Of a stretch of DNA of 64,000 nucleotides, positions 12,895-28,914 are shown piece after piece; position 1 is the stretch's first letter, and every line of letters begins with the position of its first letter. The notes beneath the pieces are model-generated. The model worked only from the letters and a program-made list of their open reading frames with translations, was not told the origin of the DNA and searched no databases. The translations under genes were made by a program, and so were the position numbers. The stretch is from Vicugna vicugna (Eukaryota). The DNA lies in assembly GCA_013265495.1 (NCBI GenBank), contig MU057887.1, positions 383,985 to 447,984 on the forward strand. Reading direction: 5' to 3'.

Positions 12895-14594
12895 GGCGGC
12901 CCTGCGCCAACACTTCGGGGCGGGACCTGCTCTGTGCTGCCCTAAGACACTGCTTTGGAACATGAAGTCGTGTAGGGAACTGAGGCACAGCGGAGATGAG
13001 CCGGGCACTGTCAGAGAACACAAGAACATTTGCCCCAGCCCCACGGCTTGTGCCTCCTTGGCCTGGGTGACAGGGGTGTGGGCGGAGGGTAAGCATCCCA
13101 ACAGCCTGATCCCCGACCTGAGCTGAGCTGTGCAGAAGGGCTGGCGATCGCGCTGAAACCCTGGAGACTTCAGTGAGGTAGGTGGTATCAGCCCCACTTA
13201 CAGGTGGGCAAACTGAGGCAGAATGAAATGCAATAGCTCGCTTTTAATAACAGCATACAAAATCTGGAGAAAGCCCCAAAGTAGTCCCCTGTTCCCGGAG
13301 CCCAGTGCAAACCCTTGGAGCACACAGAATAGAAACGGATGGGTAAACGAGCCCCCTCCTTTCCCTCTTCCCCCTAAACGTGCAACAGGAATCCTTCAAG
13401 TATTCCTGAGGACATAAACTAGAGCAGCAGAGGCCCAGCTGACAGCTTATCCCAGAGGGGTAGCGGAGCCTCTGCTCCTGAAAAGACCCATGGTTCTGAG
13501 AGGAGTATAGTGCGCCGTCATCACTGGAAACCTTCAAGCCGGATGGGGCTGGGCCAGACCTGGACTGGACGGCCGGCCACCCCCCCCCCAACAGACCAGA
13601 CCCGCCATGTGGAAGCCAGTTCCTCTCTGCCTCAGTGACCAGTCTGAGGAAGGGGGCCAGCACACCCAGTCAAAGGAATGAGGCCTAGGAAACCAGGGAG
13701 GATGAGACTCCCCCCCACCCCAGCCCCAGGGGACAGAGGTTCTGCCTGGACCCTTCCCGGGAGGACGCCAACCCCACGTCGCACCATCCGCCCTTTGGCA
13801 GAGATTCCACCTTCCCCTCTGGCTACCAAGCCCTTCCACCCGCTTCCAGTGCTGTGGGGCACACCAGCCGAGGCCCGGACGAGTTATCTCCAGGTTGGAG
13901 GTGTGTGTGGTGGTGGTGCTCTTTGGCTGGAAGCAAAGGCCATTCTGGCGGGATTGGGGCCTGTCTGCCCAGCTCAAGGCCCTTCTGGAACCAGGCGTGG
14001 GGTGAGGTATTCCCAGCCCAGAGCAAAACCATCAAACAGCTGTGTTCCCCAACCCCCGTGGAAACCCACTGATGACCAAGCAGTAAACGAGGGAGGACAG
14101 ACGATCAGGACTAACTTGGACACTGAAGGCATCGGCACAGCATTATACAATCTTAAACCGGGTTTCCTTAGGCGCTGACAGTCTGACGCACTGAATGCTC
14201 CTGGCTGGGTGGTCGCTGCTGGCTGTCTGTTGGGATGTGAGCTTCGGGTCCGCTGGTCTGGACTCTCTCTGGATGCTGGCTGCTCCTCTGCTCTCTCTTA
14301 CGGCCTCTCGGCATCTCTGGTCCTCTTTGGGTGCGGACGGTTCTCCAGAGATGGGCTGGCGGGTGATGGGGGGCGGGCGCAGGAGCAGAGCCAGCAGGGG
14401 AGGAGGAAGAGGCACTTCAGTTTGGGCTGGTGTTCATGGAGTCGGCCCTGGCCCCGGGAGTCAGTGGCCCTGCCTGGCTCCGGCTCTGGCGCTGGGTGGT
14501 CCCAGAAGACCCCAGTGGCGGTGGGCAGGTAGGCACTTGGCAGCAGGCCCAGGCCCAGGCAGGGCTGGGGGCCCCGCGGGGGCTCCGCACACGG

Positions 14595-14635
14595 CTAGGT
14601 CATCAGGACGGGCTTCTGCCGCACTTCCAGGATGT
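14595..14635 (-). CDS. KIAA0930: KIAA0930 exon 10 coding part (DILEVRQKPVLMT*)
   Basis: Acceptor ccgccctag|AC; stop TAG at 14597-14595; matches the recalled human C-terminus DILEVRQKPILMT. Confidence 0.93.
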
Positions 14636-14774
14636 CTAGGGCGGTGGGGGGCAGGGGAGACGAGGAGGTTAACACCCTGAGGGCTCCACTGACGAAGGGG
14701 GCCCACGCCCAGCAGTCCACGCGCATTTCCTCTCCCATCCCGCGGGAAGCACAGTGCTGACAGCACCTGGATCA

Positions 14775-15164
<390 letters not shown>

Positions 15165-16229
15165 TCAGGCCTAGGCAGCAAGGAGAACACCTTCCTCCCC
15201 AAGTGACTCCTCCCTGGCCCAGCTCCACCCTCTGCTGGGCGCCTTAGCACCCTGGCCTGACACCTGGCCCCCCTCCTGCCTCTCTAGCCCAATCCCACTC
15301 CTCAGGGCCCATTTCTGCCCCTCCAAGTTCTCCCTAACACCCTTCCCTCTCTGTGCTGCAGAGTCTTCTCCGTGGGACTCACACATTGCCACATGGTGTC
15401 ACTTCTCCACTTCCCTCTAGCCTTGTCTGTCACTGGGACAAAGCACTGCCAGCCTGCAGGGCACAGGGTGAGGCTGGGATGACCCATCACCATCACCCAG
15501 TCTTATGGGTCACCAGGGTAGCAGACTGGGGTTATCAACACCCCCCTACTGATCTGGAAGCCAGCCGAGCTGAGGAAGGCATTTGCCCAAGCTCACTCAA
15601 GAGCAGGTCAAGGCCAGTGCTGTCATCTCCTGGCCCTGGCCCGGGTCTTGTCCAGCAGGCCCTCTGCCTCTGCCTCTGGGTCCTGGCAGTCGGGACCTTT
15701 CAGTGCCGTGGCCCAGCTCCGCCAGTGGCTTCCCGCCGTTCTTACAATGAACATGACCCCAGCCCTCCTGCTGCACAGCTGACAGTGGGCCCGTGTTGCA
15801 CGGAGGGAGCAGCGGGAAGGCGCAGGTTGGCTGGGAGATGCAGCAGAATGCGAGTCGGTGAGAACAGGGCTTCTGTGACCCCTGGGCAGAGACACTCAGG
15901 AGGCCACCAGATGCACAGGCCCGGGCTCGGGAAGGCCATGCGAGTCATGAGAAGGGCAGGGGAGCCCTGAGGGACACCCCACTGGAGGCTCCAGAGCGAC
16001 ACTGAGCTGGTCAGAGACGGCACCGAGGAGGAGAAAAGCCAGCAGAGGGAGGTGACAAAATGCACGGATGGACCAGAGAGCTCCTCTCTCAGCAGGCGTT
16101 TCTCGCACCCGCAGTGTGAACAGTCAGACCGGCAACATCTGGAAGTCTCTGAGCCCAGAAATGATGCGCACGCTGCCGCCTGGGCCTCGGCCTCTGAGCG
16201 CCAAGAGCACTGGGACGAGAGCTCCTCTA

Positions 16230-16538
<309 letters not shown>

Positions 16539-17084
16539 TCACCAGAGCGGCCCACCAGCGGGGTCCCAGCGCACCCCCATCTCCTGCCTCAGACCAAGGA
16601 GACCCGCCCTGCTGAGGGCGGCCACCCTGCGGTCCGGTGGGGGACCCGGGGGAACCCGGCCACCCTCCTGCCGGCCTCACACGCTGGTCAGGGGCTCATT
16701 CGAACACAAAGCCAGCCCAGATGCTGACGTGGCTCAAGCACCTGCCCTGCCACTGAATCCACTGAACCTTCCTGACCACCCACAACACAGGAACAAGCAC
16801 CAGCCCCATCTGACAAAGAAGAAACCAAGGCGGGACAGTGACCTTGACATGCCCAAGTCATTCAGCAGGATGGTGGCCATCCCAGGGTTGCAACCCAGGT
16901 CTTCTGCCCCTGAGGCCATGCTCTTCACTCTAATTTCTTCTCTTGGCCAATATGTCCCCACCCCCTCTCCCCCAGCTTCCTTTCATAGACGTTCACTGGC
17001 CATGTGGTCCTTGCTCCCATTTCCTCCTCTCCTCTCTTTCAACCAGACTGTGAGTCACCAGCCACTCTCCACACCCACTCAGGG

Positions 17085-17360
17085 CAGCACTAAGCACAGG
17101 CTTATGACATTGGTCCCTGCCCTCAAGGAGCTCACAGTCTGCTGGGGTTGAAGAAAGTGACAACCACAGACTGAATGTTGGTTGCTGAGACAGAAAAAAG
17201 GAAGCACAGGATACAGGGGAGCACAGAGGCAAAAGGAATCAACAGCCTGGGAAATCAGGAAAGGCTTCCCGGAGGAGACGCTGCTCGAGTTGGGTCTTGA
17301 AGGACGAGTAGGAGTTCGCTAGGTGAAGAAGGGGGGGAAGGGCGTTCCAGGCAGAGGGAA
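17085..17360 (-). mobile_element. L2 LINE fragment hosting the 3' arm of MIR1249
   Basis: The reverse complement reads as typical L2 3' region (gttccctctgcctggaacgcc...ctcctactcgtccttcaagacc...gggaagcctttcctga). Confidence 0.7.
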
Positions 17361-17385
17361 CTTGGCCCATCTCCTCCCTCCTCCC
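17320..17385 (-). ncRNA. MIR1249: microRNA mir-1249 precursor hairpin (5p 17382-17359, 3p 17345-17324), intronic and sense to KIAA0930
   Basis: The - strand contains AGGAGGGAGGAGAUGGGCCAAGUU and ACGCCCUUCCCCCCCUUCUUCA, identical to the recalled miR-1249-5p and -3p. The purine and pyrimidine arms can pair; MIR1249 is known to be intronic in KIAA0930. Confidence 0.93.
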
Positions 17386-19084
17386 CATGCAAACAAGAAT
17401 CTGAGGAACAAGGTGAGCTGGGACTGAGACTTCGGGAGTCCCATCAGCCTCCTCGTCATGGCTCCGACATCCACCAAAGTCCCGGCGGCCGCTGGGCTCC
17501 AGATGGTCCTCCCATAAGCCAGGGAAGGTTTTTAAAAGATAAAAAACAAACACCAGAAACCACAATACACACAGAGTCTGCATTTGTCATGTGCTGGTTA
17601 CAAACGACCCCTCTGGAAAAGGGGGACACGTGATGGTGAGCACAGAGGGGGTGGGGGCCTGAGCAGCCCTGGGAGGTCAGGGCCTGCCACTGACAGCTGC
17701 GTGACCCTGGCGAGTCCCTCCCCTTGAGCCCAGGCCTCCCTGCGACTATGGGCCGGGGCTTTCACAGGCACCATCTCCTGCACCCCCGCAGCCCCCCAAG
17801 AGAGAAAGATCATCACCCCTATTTGATGGATGGGAAAAATCAAGGCTCAGGCAGGTCTAGTAACCCATGTGTGATCACTCGGCAGACATGTGGCTGGAAC
17901 TGGCTCCCAGGTTTGTCCAGCCCAAGCCCAGGCCACAGCTTCACAGGGACTTTCACATACACGTTTGTTAGGGTCTCAGTGGGCAATTTAGGACCAGGGA
18001 GAAGAATTAGGCTCCTTATCTCAGACATATAAACAATCTTTGTTCCAAAGACAAGAGAGGCCCTACCTGGAATTCTCACCCATCATCACAAAAAACAGCA
18101 CTTACTGTTTCTGCTCTGCTTATAAAATACATTCATTGCAGAAAATTCAAATCATAAAAAGATTTAAAAAAAAAACGTAGAAAGAAAACCGTCCTCGGAC
18201 TCCCCGCAGATGTGCGCGGTTAACATGCTCCACAGAATTAAAAGTACAGCAGCTCCACTCCCTCGCCTCGGGCGGAGCCGGCACAAACTCCCAGGAGCCA
18301 TTTTCCCTCCAGCTCTTGAGGGCCCGCCCTGTGAAGCTCCTCTGAGCACCCCCCATCTCAGGCAGCAGGCGTTTTCACCCCATTTCTGGATGAGCAAACA
18401 GAGGCTCAGAGAGGAGAAGGGGCCTGTCCCAGTTCACGCCAGCAGCAGCGCCTGGATCCCAGCCCACCCGCAAGCCCCTCTCCTGGCAACGAGCAGGGCG
18501 AGGCTGCCTCCCTGCCCGCGGTGCCCTGACAGACCAGTCCTCGTCCAGACCCACAGCTCGGAGCAGCCCCCTTGGGAAGGACCAACTGGGCCAAAAGCAG
18601 CCAGCGGGCTGAAGACTTTGTCCTGCCTGAGCCCTGGGCCACCCCGGCGGCTCTGGGAGTAAAGCTGCCAACGGTCTCAGTGTCCCACCCCTGGGGAAGG
18701 ATGGCGGCCTAGAAAGAGCAAGGCTCAAAGGCTCAGTGCTGTCACACGGGAGCCGTGTGACCTGAGACAGCACAAGTAAACCCAGCAAGCCTGGGTTCCC
18801 AGGTCTGCAGACGGGAAAGCTCACAGCTACCCAAGGGCCACTGGCGGCCTCCCAGCAGCTCAGGTGCACGAGACCTGTAACAAGCGGCCCAAACAGAGAG
18901 AGGGCTGGGCAGCGCCAGGGCCTCTGCGCTCTGGCTGACCCTCACGGAGGGCTGCCAGCTCATCGTCATCCCACCTCTCTCTCTAGGGAGGCCCACACCC
19001 GCCACGTGCCCACACTCACCCAGCAGGTCCACCGAGGCAGGCGCCAGGACTCTGGAGATGGAGCCCACCTGCAGTGGCAGCCTA

Positions 19085-19579
<495 letters not shown>

Positions 19580-19812
19580 TCACCCACCAGGAAGGGCGGC
19601 GCTGGGACGCTGGAGACTTCTGGCTGCCACTCCTCTCAGCCCAGTGACCCCGCCCCACGGCAGGCCCAGCACCACGCTGGGGACAGGGCCCCAGCCCAGC
19701 GGGACCGCTGCCCCCTTCCTCCCCAGGTCCCAGAGGGAGGACATCCTCAGGACAGGGCTCAGCTGCGGGACAGGGTCCCATCCACCGGCCTCCTCTCCCT
19801 TCAGTTCAGTCA

Positions 19813-20169
<357 letters not shown>

Positions 20170-20972
20170 TCACCTGTCAGCTGCCCACCACCCAAGCCAC
20201 ACCCCGGCTCCCAGCCCCCACCCCTCTTACTAGCCCAGGGCTGTTGGGGAGGACTGCTCAGAAGCTCCCGTTCTGCAGGTGAACACCGAGCCACAGATGT
20301 CCAGATATTTGCCCAAGGCCACCTCCCTTCCTCCGCTCCACTGAGACCAGCACAGGAATGGGAACAGCCTACCCACAGGGCAGGGGGCGCGTCTGGAGGG
20401 GGGTAGGGGTCTATAACAGTGACCCACATCATTCTTCCTCACGCCAGGGAGTTAAAACAGTTTTCAGGGACTATCTGGCCCGCCATCCAGGACCTCCTCC
20501 GCTCCAGCTGCGGGCGCTCAGCCCACCCGCCGCACCCCTCCCCGAGCCTCGCTGCGCGGGTGCAGCCACCGGCCCGGGGGCCAGACAGACCGCCAGCCCG
20601 GGGGGCCTGTGGGGGGCTCGACGTCCCGCCGCGACTTGAGTCATTGTTCCAGGGCTGCTGTGCAGACCAAGCCTCAGGGTCACACAGACTCAGGGTCAAC
20701 TCTCAGCTCTGCCGCTGAGGAGCTGTGTGAGTCTGGCGCTTCAAGACACCAACCAAACCAAGAAGAGACCTGAAGCCCCGCCTGCTTCTCCATGAGCCCT
20801 CACTCCCTGGGCCGACCCCTCTGCTGGGTGCCCGCTCCGCCGCCAGGGGTCTGGGCAGAGGGGGGGCGGCCGCGCGGGAGCCTGCAGCATGGGGAGCAGC
20901 CCCTGAGCCCCCCGGACCAGGCACCTTCGGTTTCGGGCTGCAGTTTTCCCACACTTAAAACAGAAGCTTGTT

Positions 20973-21105
20973 GGCGGGAGGCTACAGCTCAGTGGCAGAG
21001 CACGTGCTAAGCATGCAGAGGTCCCGGGTTCAATCCCCAGTACCTCCTCCAAATATAAACAAACACACACAAAATCTAATTACCATCCCCTCATTAAAAA
21101 AAAAA
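20973..21105 (+). mobile_element. tRNA-derived SINE (camelid Vic-1 type)
   Basis: A box (cagctcagtgg), B box (ggttcaatccc), tail ctaattacc plus poly(A); degenerate TSD cagaagcttg / cagaggcttg. Confidence 0.85.
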
Positions 21106-21239
21106 CCCAGAGGCTTGGCCCAGATAACTTCTGGAGCCCCGCCCACCTTGGACATCCTAGGACCCCAAGGTGTGGGGGCCTTGTGCAGAGTTTAAGGGCG
21201 ACAACGATGACTCGCCCTGCCCGGGCAGCGTGCTCTGTA

Positions 21240-21390
21240 GGAGTTTACGATGCATTCTCCCTTCACAAGCTCATCTGATCTTTCAACCCTGACGCTCATT
21301 TCACAGATGAGAAAACTGAGGCTCGCAGTCAGGTGACCTCACTTGCCCCGAGGCAAACAGCAGGGAGAGCGGGAGCCCAGCACTGAGCCC
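21240..21390 (-). mobile_element. MIR SINE fragment
   Basis: MIR core catttcacagatgagaaaactgaggctc. Confidence 0.65.
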
Positions 21391-21458
21391 ATCACCTTTC
21401 TGGAAGGGTGTGAGGCCTGAGGGAGAAGCTTCTCACGTTCCCCGAGGAGGGGGAGCTA

Positions 21459-21707
<249 letters not shown>

Positions 21708-21895
21708 CTAGCCCCAGGGACCGCCCGGGAAGGGGCTGTTCAGGTGACCTGGTCCAGGGCCCTTTGCATGGGACACAGGACCCAGGAAGCTAAATGGCTT
21801 TCTGGAGTCAGACTCTCACCTTGGGGCAGGGAAGTGGGCAGGAGGACTTATCTCCCAAAATAAATTAGCGGGCAGCCAGAGGGCTGGCATCCCTA

Positions 21896-22356
<461 letters not shown>

Positions 22357-24775
22357 CTAGCCATGCGACCCAGAGTTAATCAAGAACTGAGTATCAGAGT
22401 CGTCCCGAGGGCCCTGCAGCAGGCTGGGGGTTCCCAGCCTCTGTCCCACCCACACTGCTGCTCCTCACCTTGCCTACAGGCCGCCTGTCCACCCATCCAC
22501 CCTCCACCGCTGGTCTAACGCAGGAAGCCCTTGGGTCGCTATGGCAACCGGGTACCAGCTGGGCTGCAGGATGGGGAGGGGGCGGGAAGCAGCCCAGGCT
22601 TGCCGCAGAGAACCGGCAACGCGCAGGCGCTGCGTGTAGGCCCACGGCACGCCTGCCAAGGGCTCCCCTTTCTTTCTGTTCTTCTGAGCAGCGGGGGCAG
22701 AGAGATTGCCTGGGAACAGCTGTGTGGTCTCCCCACTCCCCCTCCCTGTACACCTCGCACCTCCAAGCCTGTAGGGTCTCCCCACATCGCCGCCCACCTG
22801 CTGCTTTCCAAACACTATGGGCTGACAGCACTTGGCGCAGCAGGGCAGGGCCCCGTCACATCCCTGCCGCTCTGCATGTGCAGGTCCCTCCACACTCACG
22901 TCCTTGGCCACTGCTGTCCCCCTCCCTGTCCTACGACATTCCGGCCAGATGTCACCTCCTCCTCTTTGTGGGTCTCCAGTCACCCTTCATTCTTCCCAGC
23001 ATCATGGCACCAACTGTTCCACGTACCCCTGGCTGGCTGCCGGACAGGCTGGGCCAGTCTGAGGCATTCTGTGCTCCCAGGGCTCAGTGCAAGTGTTCAC
23101 TGGAACATTCTAGCACATGAACAGCTAGAATGCCACATGCTCCCCTGGACTCAGGCGCCCCTCACGGACCTCAACACCTCCCCAGTCTTCAGAAGAGTTC
23201 GCACATGGCCCCAGGCCGTTCTGCTCCAAACTCCTCAGCCCTGAGTCCTGGGGCATCTCTCCCCAAAAGAAAGAGCCACCATCTGCTGGTTCTTCTCTGC
23301 TCCCACCTGGCTGCCCTGGGAACACGCATCACTGACTTCTCCTTTCTCTTTCCTGCCCCGCTGGAGAACTCAAAGCACAGTCTGGGTAAGAAAACCCTCC
23401 CTGGCTAGAGCCAGGGCCTCTCCTGGCACTGAAGTCTAAGGTACAGCTGAGAGCCTCAGAGGAGCTGCTCCGCCGAGCCCCCTCTGCCCACATTCAGTCA
23501 TCCAAAGCCCTGCTGGGGAGGCCCACTTCCTCAGCCACCCTTCCTGGCCCCGTTCCCTGCCCCCCGCTGGCCCCCCCACTGCTGCCTCTGAGCAGCTTCT
23601 GCTCCTGCTCTGATCCCTCCAGTCCTTCCTCACCCACACCCAAGATCTTGCTAAATGGAACTCTGACCATGCTGTCTTCCTCAGTTTATCAGGCTCAGTG
23701 GTTTCCCAGGGTTCTGGGGATAAAACTCAAATCCCTGGGTACCACCTTCAGTGCCCACGTGAGCTGCTCCCCACCCGCCTCATTTCCCGGGATCCTCAGC
23801 TTTCCACCCTCAGCTGCACAGAACCACCAGCAGCCCCTGTCTCCACGGACTCCTACACCCTCAGGCCCAGCTTGGCCAGCGTCCCCTCTGCCAGGGAGCA
23901 CCTTTCCCCCTCCTTTCAGACTCACTTCACCCAAGTGGCCTCTGCTGACCCCTCCCCTGCCTTCTGGTCACTATAGTTACCATGCTGTGTTAGCTCTATG
24001 CGATGTACGTCTGGGTCCCAGTGCCCACTGGCCCTGGTGACAACACGGTCACACAGAGCAGCTGTTTCAGACACCAGATGGACACCAGATGGACACCAGA
24101 GGACCCAAGCCCACTCTGACTCTTCCTGCCTGTCACGCAGCCCAGCCAGACCAGCCACATGGCCGCCGGCACACAAGCCGCCATGTCTCCTTTGCCGTCC
24201 GTGTGCAGGAAACCTGTCCTGCACACTTCGGGCTGAAAGCACAGGCAGGGAAGGTGAGAGCCCCGCTGACACGGCCCGGGGGTCACCAGGCACGCTGCAA
24301 GTTCCAGACCCGCCCCCACAACGTGTGTCTGTGTCTGGCATGCAGGATCCTTAAACGTTTTACAGACCACTAAAGCTTCTGGAAAACATGCGAAGTTTGT
24401 TTTGTTAACTCCTCTGCATGCTTAAACTTAGCGGATGAACACCTGAGGTAAGTCAGTCCGCCTGGGAGCCCTCACTTTCCTCTTCTGTGAAGAGGGAACT
24501 GGTAACACCCGCCCTGCCAAGCGGCTGGGCAGACACAAGGAGACCAAGCAGCAGAGAGCGCAGCACTGAGCCTGGTCCGTGGTGAGGGCTCGGACTGGCA
24601 GGCGTCTGCATCCACAGGGCTGGGTCACCTGCCCATGGCCAGGGAGGACTCCGGACTCTGGGGTCAAATCTTTGCTCTCCCATTCATTTACCAATCCTGA
24701 GACGCTGGCCAAACCACCCAGCCTAGGGACGAGTTTCCTCCAAGGCACAATAGTGATAATAACCAGTGAAGACTA

Positions 24776-25147
<372 letters not shown>

Positions 25148-28100
25148 TCAACCTGGCCCCTGCCCCCTGCCCACCCCACAGCACTGCACAGGTCAGGAAA
25201 CTGCCAACGCTCTATGGTGTTCAGAGCCCCCTTTTCCCTACCCCTGCCCCTGCCTCCCCCCTTTTCCTGTCCGTGGGGCATCCAAAGAGGCTCAAGGACA
25301 CCTCCCAGGAGGCCCAGTTCCTCCATCCAGCGGCGGCCTGAGGGCCCCACAGCCAAGCGGACTCCAGCCCACGGATGAATCAGCAGCTTCGGTGGAAAAG
25401 GAAAGACCTAATAAGAGGGAACGTCACTGGCAGACTGTCTGGGCCAGAGCCGGAAGGGCCCTGGAGGGGAGATCCATCAGGCAGGCACCTCCCTCGGCCC
25501 CCACCCCGGGCTGCAGCAATCCCCACGGAGACTCCGACTTAAAGGAACAGCTGCTCCTTGGCCAACCAGTCTCAGCTGTAGGCGGAAACCGGGAAGACAC
25601 CCACCCCCACCCTCGCCCCAGCACTCGGAGCCTCGCAGCCCGCCAGACTGACTCTTCTGTTCACTACAAATGGTATTTCTTCATGACAAATAAATCCCGA
25701 TGCTGCTCTTTCCCCACAAGGAGAAAAAGCCACAGGCTCCGGTAGGAAAAGCTGGGTTTCCACGCCAGCTCTGCACCTGCTCCGTGACGGCGGGCAAGCA
25801 GCGTGGCCTCCCTGATCCCCCGGGCCTGGTGGCGGCCGCAGACTGCCGGAGACCCTGGGCATGGAAAGCCCGAGCCTGGCACAGAGCAGGGCCCACAAAG
25901 GTGGGTGTATTCAGATCCGACAAAGTTTCAAGATCTGCTGCAGCCCTATTTCTTAGAAACCCAAGCTCTCAAACTGTTGCTGGTTTCTTTCTCCAGAAAC
26001 CACTTCACCACAGTGACTGAGGCCTCACACTTGGGCGCTGGGAGGACAGACCTAGTCCAGCCTTGAACACGGGGAACCTGAGGGCCAGCCAGTGCCAGGG
26101 CCCTCCCTAGTCCTCACGGGCAGTTCAGCGGCCTGACCAGGACTGGCCAGGCCCCCTGACTTGCAGCCCACACCCCTCCTCAGGGTGTGTTGGGGGTGCC
26201 TCAGCCAGCAGGCTCTGGGGGACTGAGCCGCATGCAGAAAACCTCAGACTGTTTACTTCAGCCACACCACTGCCAAGGATCCAGGGCTCCACACCAGCTC
26301 CTGCCCCCTGCCCTCTGCCGGGCCTGAGGCCCACCCAGTCTCACGTCCTGTCTGGCTCCAATGGGAGGAAAACAGAAGGGGCCCCAATGGTCAGGGGTCC
26401 AGGTCAGCGAGCCTGATTAAGACAAAGGCCACCTGTCAGCCTCGGGGGCAAAGGCCAGGAGAGCCAGTAGGATTGACAGCCACCTCCCCAGTCGCACCAG
26501 GTGGAAGGATGCTGTCAGCATCATTCTGCATCATTGCTTTGATGTTCCTGCCACACTTTTACAACAGCCAATGCCCAATTCGTGCTCCTATAGATCCCTG
26601 CAAAATTAGGCCAAGGTGCTATGTTATTCCTAGCAAAACTCTCCCATAACTTTGTTTACTTTCAGCTCCCTCTGAGCCCAAAGCCCAGCAAAAGGTCTCA
26701 GATAAATGCCAAAGATACCCACGCCGACTGCTTCTTGGTCTCGCAGGGGATACAGAAGCAGCTCTGGCCGCAACAACAGTGGTCAGGGCTTAAAATCCCA
26801 CCACCTGCCACAGTGAAGTACAAGTTCGCCATCAGCATCCCTCGGGGTCAAGCATGGCCCCCCTCAGGCACTCCCTTTTTATTCTGTGAGCAGAAGCAAC
26901 CTGGTGGTGGTACCTCGGGCACCCAGACAGCAGCAGTGATGACAAGGGCCTTGGCTATCATTTGTGGACCATCTGCCATGTGAGTGCTGGGCAGAGCCAG
27001 GTACATCACCTCACTAAACTCTCCCTGGCACTCTTATTCTCCCCACCCCGTTTCACAGAAGAAACTGACTCTTGGGAGGTTAAAGAAGGAGCCCAGGATC
27101 GCAGAGCTAGAAACTGCCAGGTCCTCAGGCGTGTCAGACCCCTGCACTCAGGCTCCTGGAAAACGCGCTGTGCTCTTCTCCAAACCTGTGCCAGCAAAGG
27201 AAGCAGACAATGAACACAACGCACGCAGTGGGCAGCTGGCAGCCCGAGCTCTGGGCTGGGGGAGGACAAGGAGTCTGTGTTCAGGAGAGACAAGCTGGAG
27301 AAGGCACCAAACGTGCCGACCTGCTCTCTAGTAGTCCACGTGCCTGGCCAGGCCCGGCTCACCATGGTCCACACCAGGGGTCCCATCTCCCAGCTTTAAA
27401 TGCTGGAAAATCACCTTCTTCCCTGCTCATCCAGCCTGGTTAACGAATGAAGTCTGAAGCCCCAGGAGTCTGCCAATATTTCCTCCTAACATGAAGGCTC
27501 AGCTCACACAAGAGCTCCGTGTCCAGCCCGACGGTCAGGGCCGCCTCCTCCACAGGCCCCTCCCAAACAACATCTCAGAGGGGACCGGCCCACCACACCT
27601 AAACTTCCAACTGAAACTCCCAGCAGTCACACGGCCATCAGAAAGTCCCCCGGGGGGGCACACTCAATCCTTCCCCCACCTCCCAGCCAGCCCCGACCCA
27701 GGCTAGCGCCACCTCGCCTGGGATGCACCGGCCGCCGCTTCCACTCCCACCTCGATGGTCGTGGAAACGTGTGTAACACAATGTCTGGTGAAAGAGCAGA
27801 AGCTGGAGCTGCAGACACACTGACCACAACTACGCAGATCACACAGGGCCCTGGAAACACACTGAAGTGACTGGAGCTGCAGAACCTCACAAGGACTGTC
27901 TTCTTTCTTTTTCTTGTCTTTTTACTTTTAACATTTTTATTAGTAAGATGATACTAGTTTTTCCCATGAATGTATGACTTCTGATGAATGTCCTAAGGCC
28001 CAAGAGACAGAGAAATAGAAAGGGGGTGGAGAAGGGACTCTCATCTTCAGAGGGATAAGAAGAGAGAGGGAGAAGAGACAGTCCACACGTCCAAATGCTT

Positions 28101-28914
28101 GGAAGGGTCAGGGTCAGGGTGAGAGTTCAGACTCAGAGGCACAGTGCATTGTTAGGATTCCAGCCAAATATGCCCAAGTAAAGGCCCTGATTCTATTCCT
28201 CCCTAGCTAGGTCAGGTCATTGAACCTCTCTGAATCCCAGGGACTCCATCTGTCATATGGGTCTAACCTGCCCACCTCCCAGAACCAATGGTGAGTACTG
28301 GGGAGAGAGGCCAACACAACAGTCCTTCATGAGCCATAAGGTTCTGTCCACGTGTATGTTCGTGGGGGCCCTCTGCACTGCTGCTCTGTATGTCTGTCAG
28401 CAGTGTGGCTGGCCCAGATGAGGCCACGGATCCCAACCTTGCCAGTGTCCCTAAACCATGTGGTGCAGCAACCTTCTGAATAAACACATGAGAGGTAAAT
28501 GAACACTTGTGTGGCCTGTGAAATCAGTGCTGTCTCTTTCTCCCACAGGTAAACTCCCTGTATCCTTTCCCAAGGCCTGTCCAGCAAGAAATCCCCTGGG
28601 TCATAAGCCCTGGGAGCTGCCACTCCAAAAGAGAGCTCCCTGATCTCCAGGACTCTCTCCGTGTCTGTCTCCCTGCCATCCGGCCACTGCGGCAGCGGGT
28701 TTCCGGGCCCTTGAATCCAGGGACAGACTTAGGAGAGAGATGCAGTCCCCAGATGCTCGTCCGCTCACTGCGGCAGCACCACGGACAGCTCCGTGCCCGC
28801 GGCTTGCCTTCCCTGCCGGGCTGGGCCCTAGAGCAACAGCAGTGATCAGTCTGTTCTCGTGACTCAGGTAGTTCTGTTCTGTGAAGCAGCCAAAAACACT
28901 GACTTAGCAAATCC

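Larger units (their letters stand above)
8580..14594 (-). other. KIAA0930: KIAA0930 3' UTR (3' end uncertain, about 5-6 kb)
   Basis: Follows the TAG at 14595 on -. Contains AT-rich UTR-like blocks (10000-10460, 11000-11350) and Pumilio-type motifs; end inferred from poly(A) signals. Confidence 0.55.

Noticed and set aside
12766..13197. ORFs with repeated peptides (GSREPGA / SRLPAPG)
   Set aside because: Translations of the 7-bp tandem repeat in UTR sequence.
20973..21050. tRNA-like sequences (also near 34600-34674 and 44300-44372)
   Set aside because: They have a SINE tail, A-rich end and TSDs, with degenerate stems, so they are SINE heads rather than tRNA genes.
24070..24102. 11-bp unit GACACCAGATG repeated about 3 times
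   Set aside because: Short intronic slippage duplication with no spacers; not CRISPR-like and no evidence of function.
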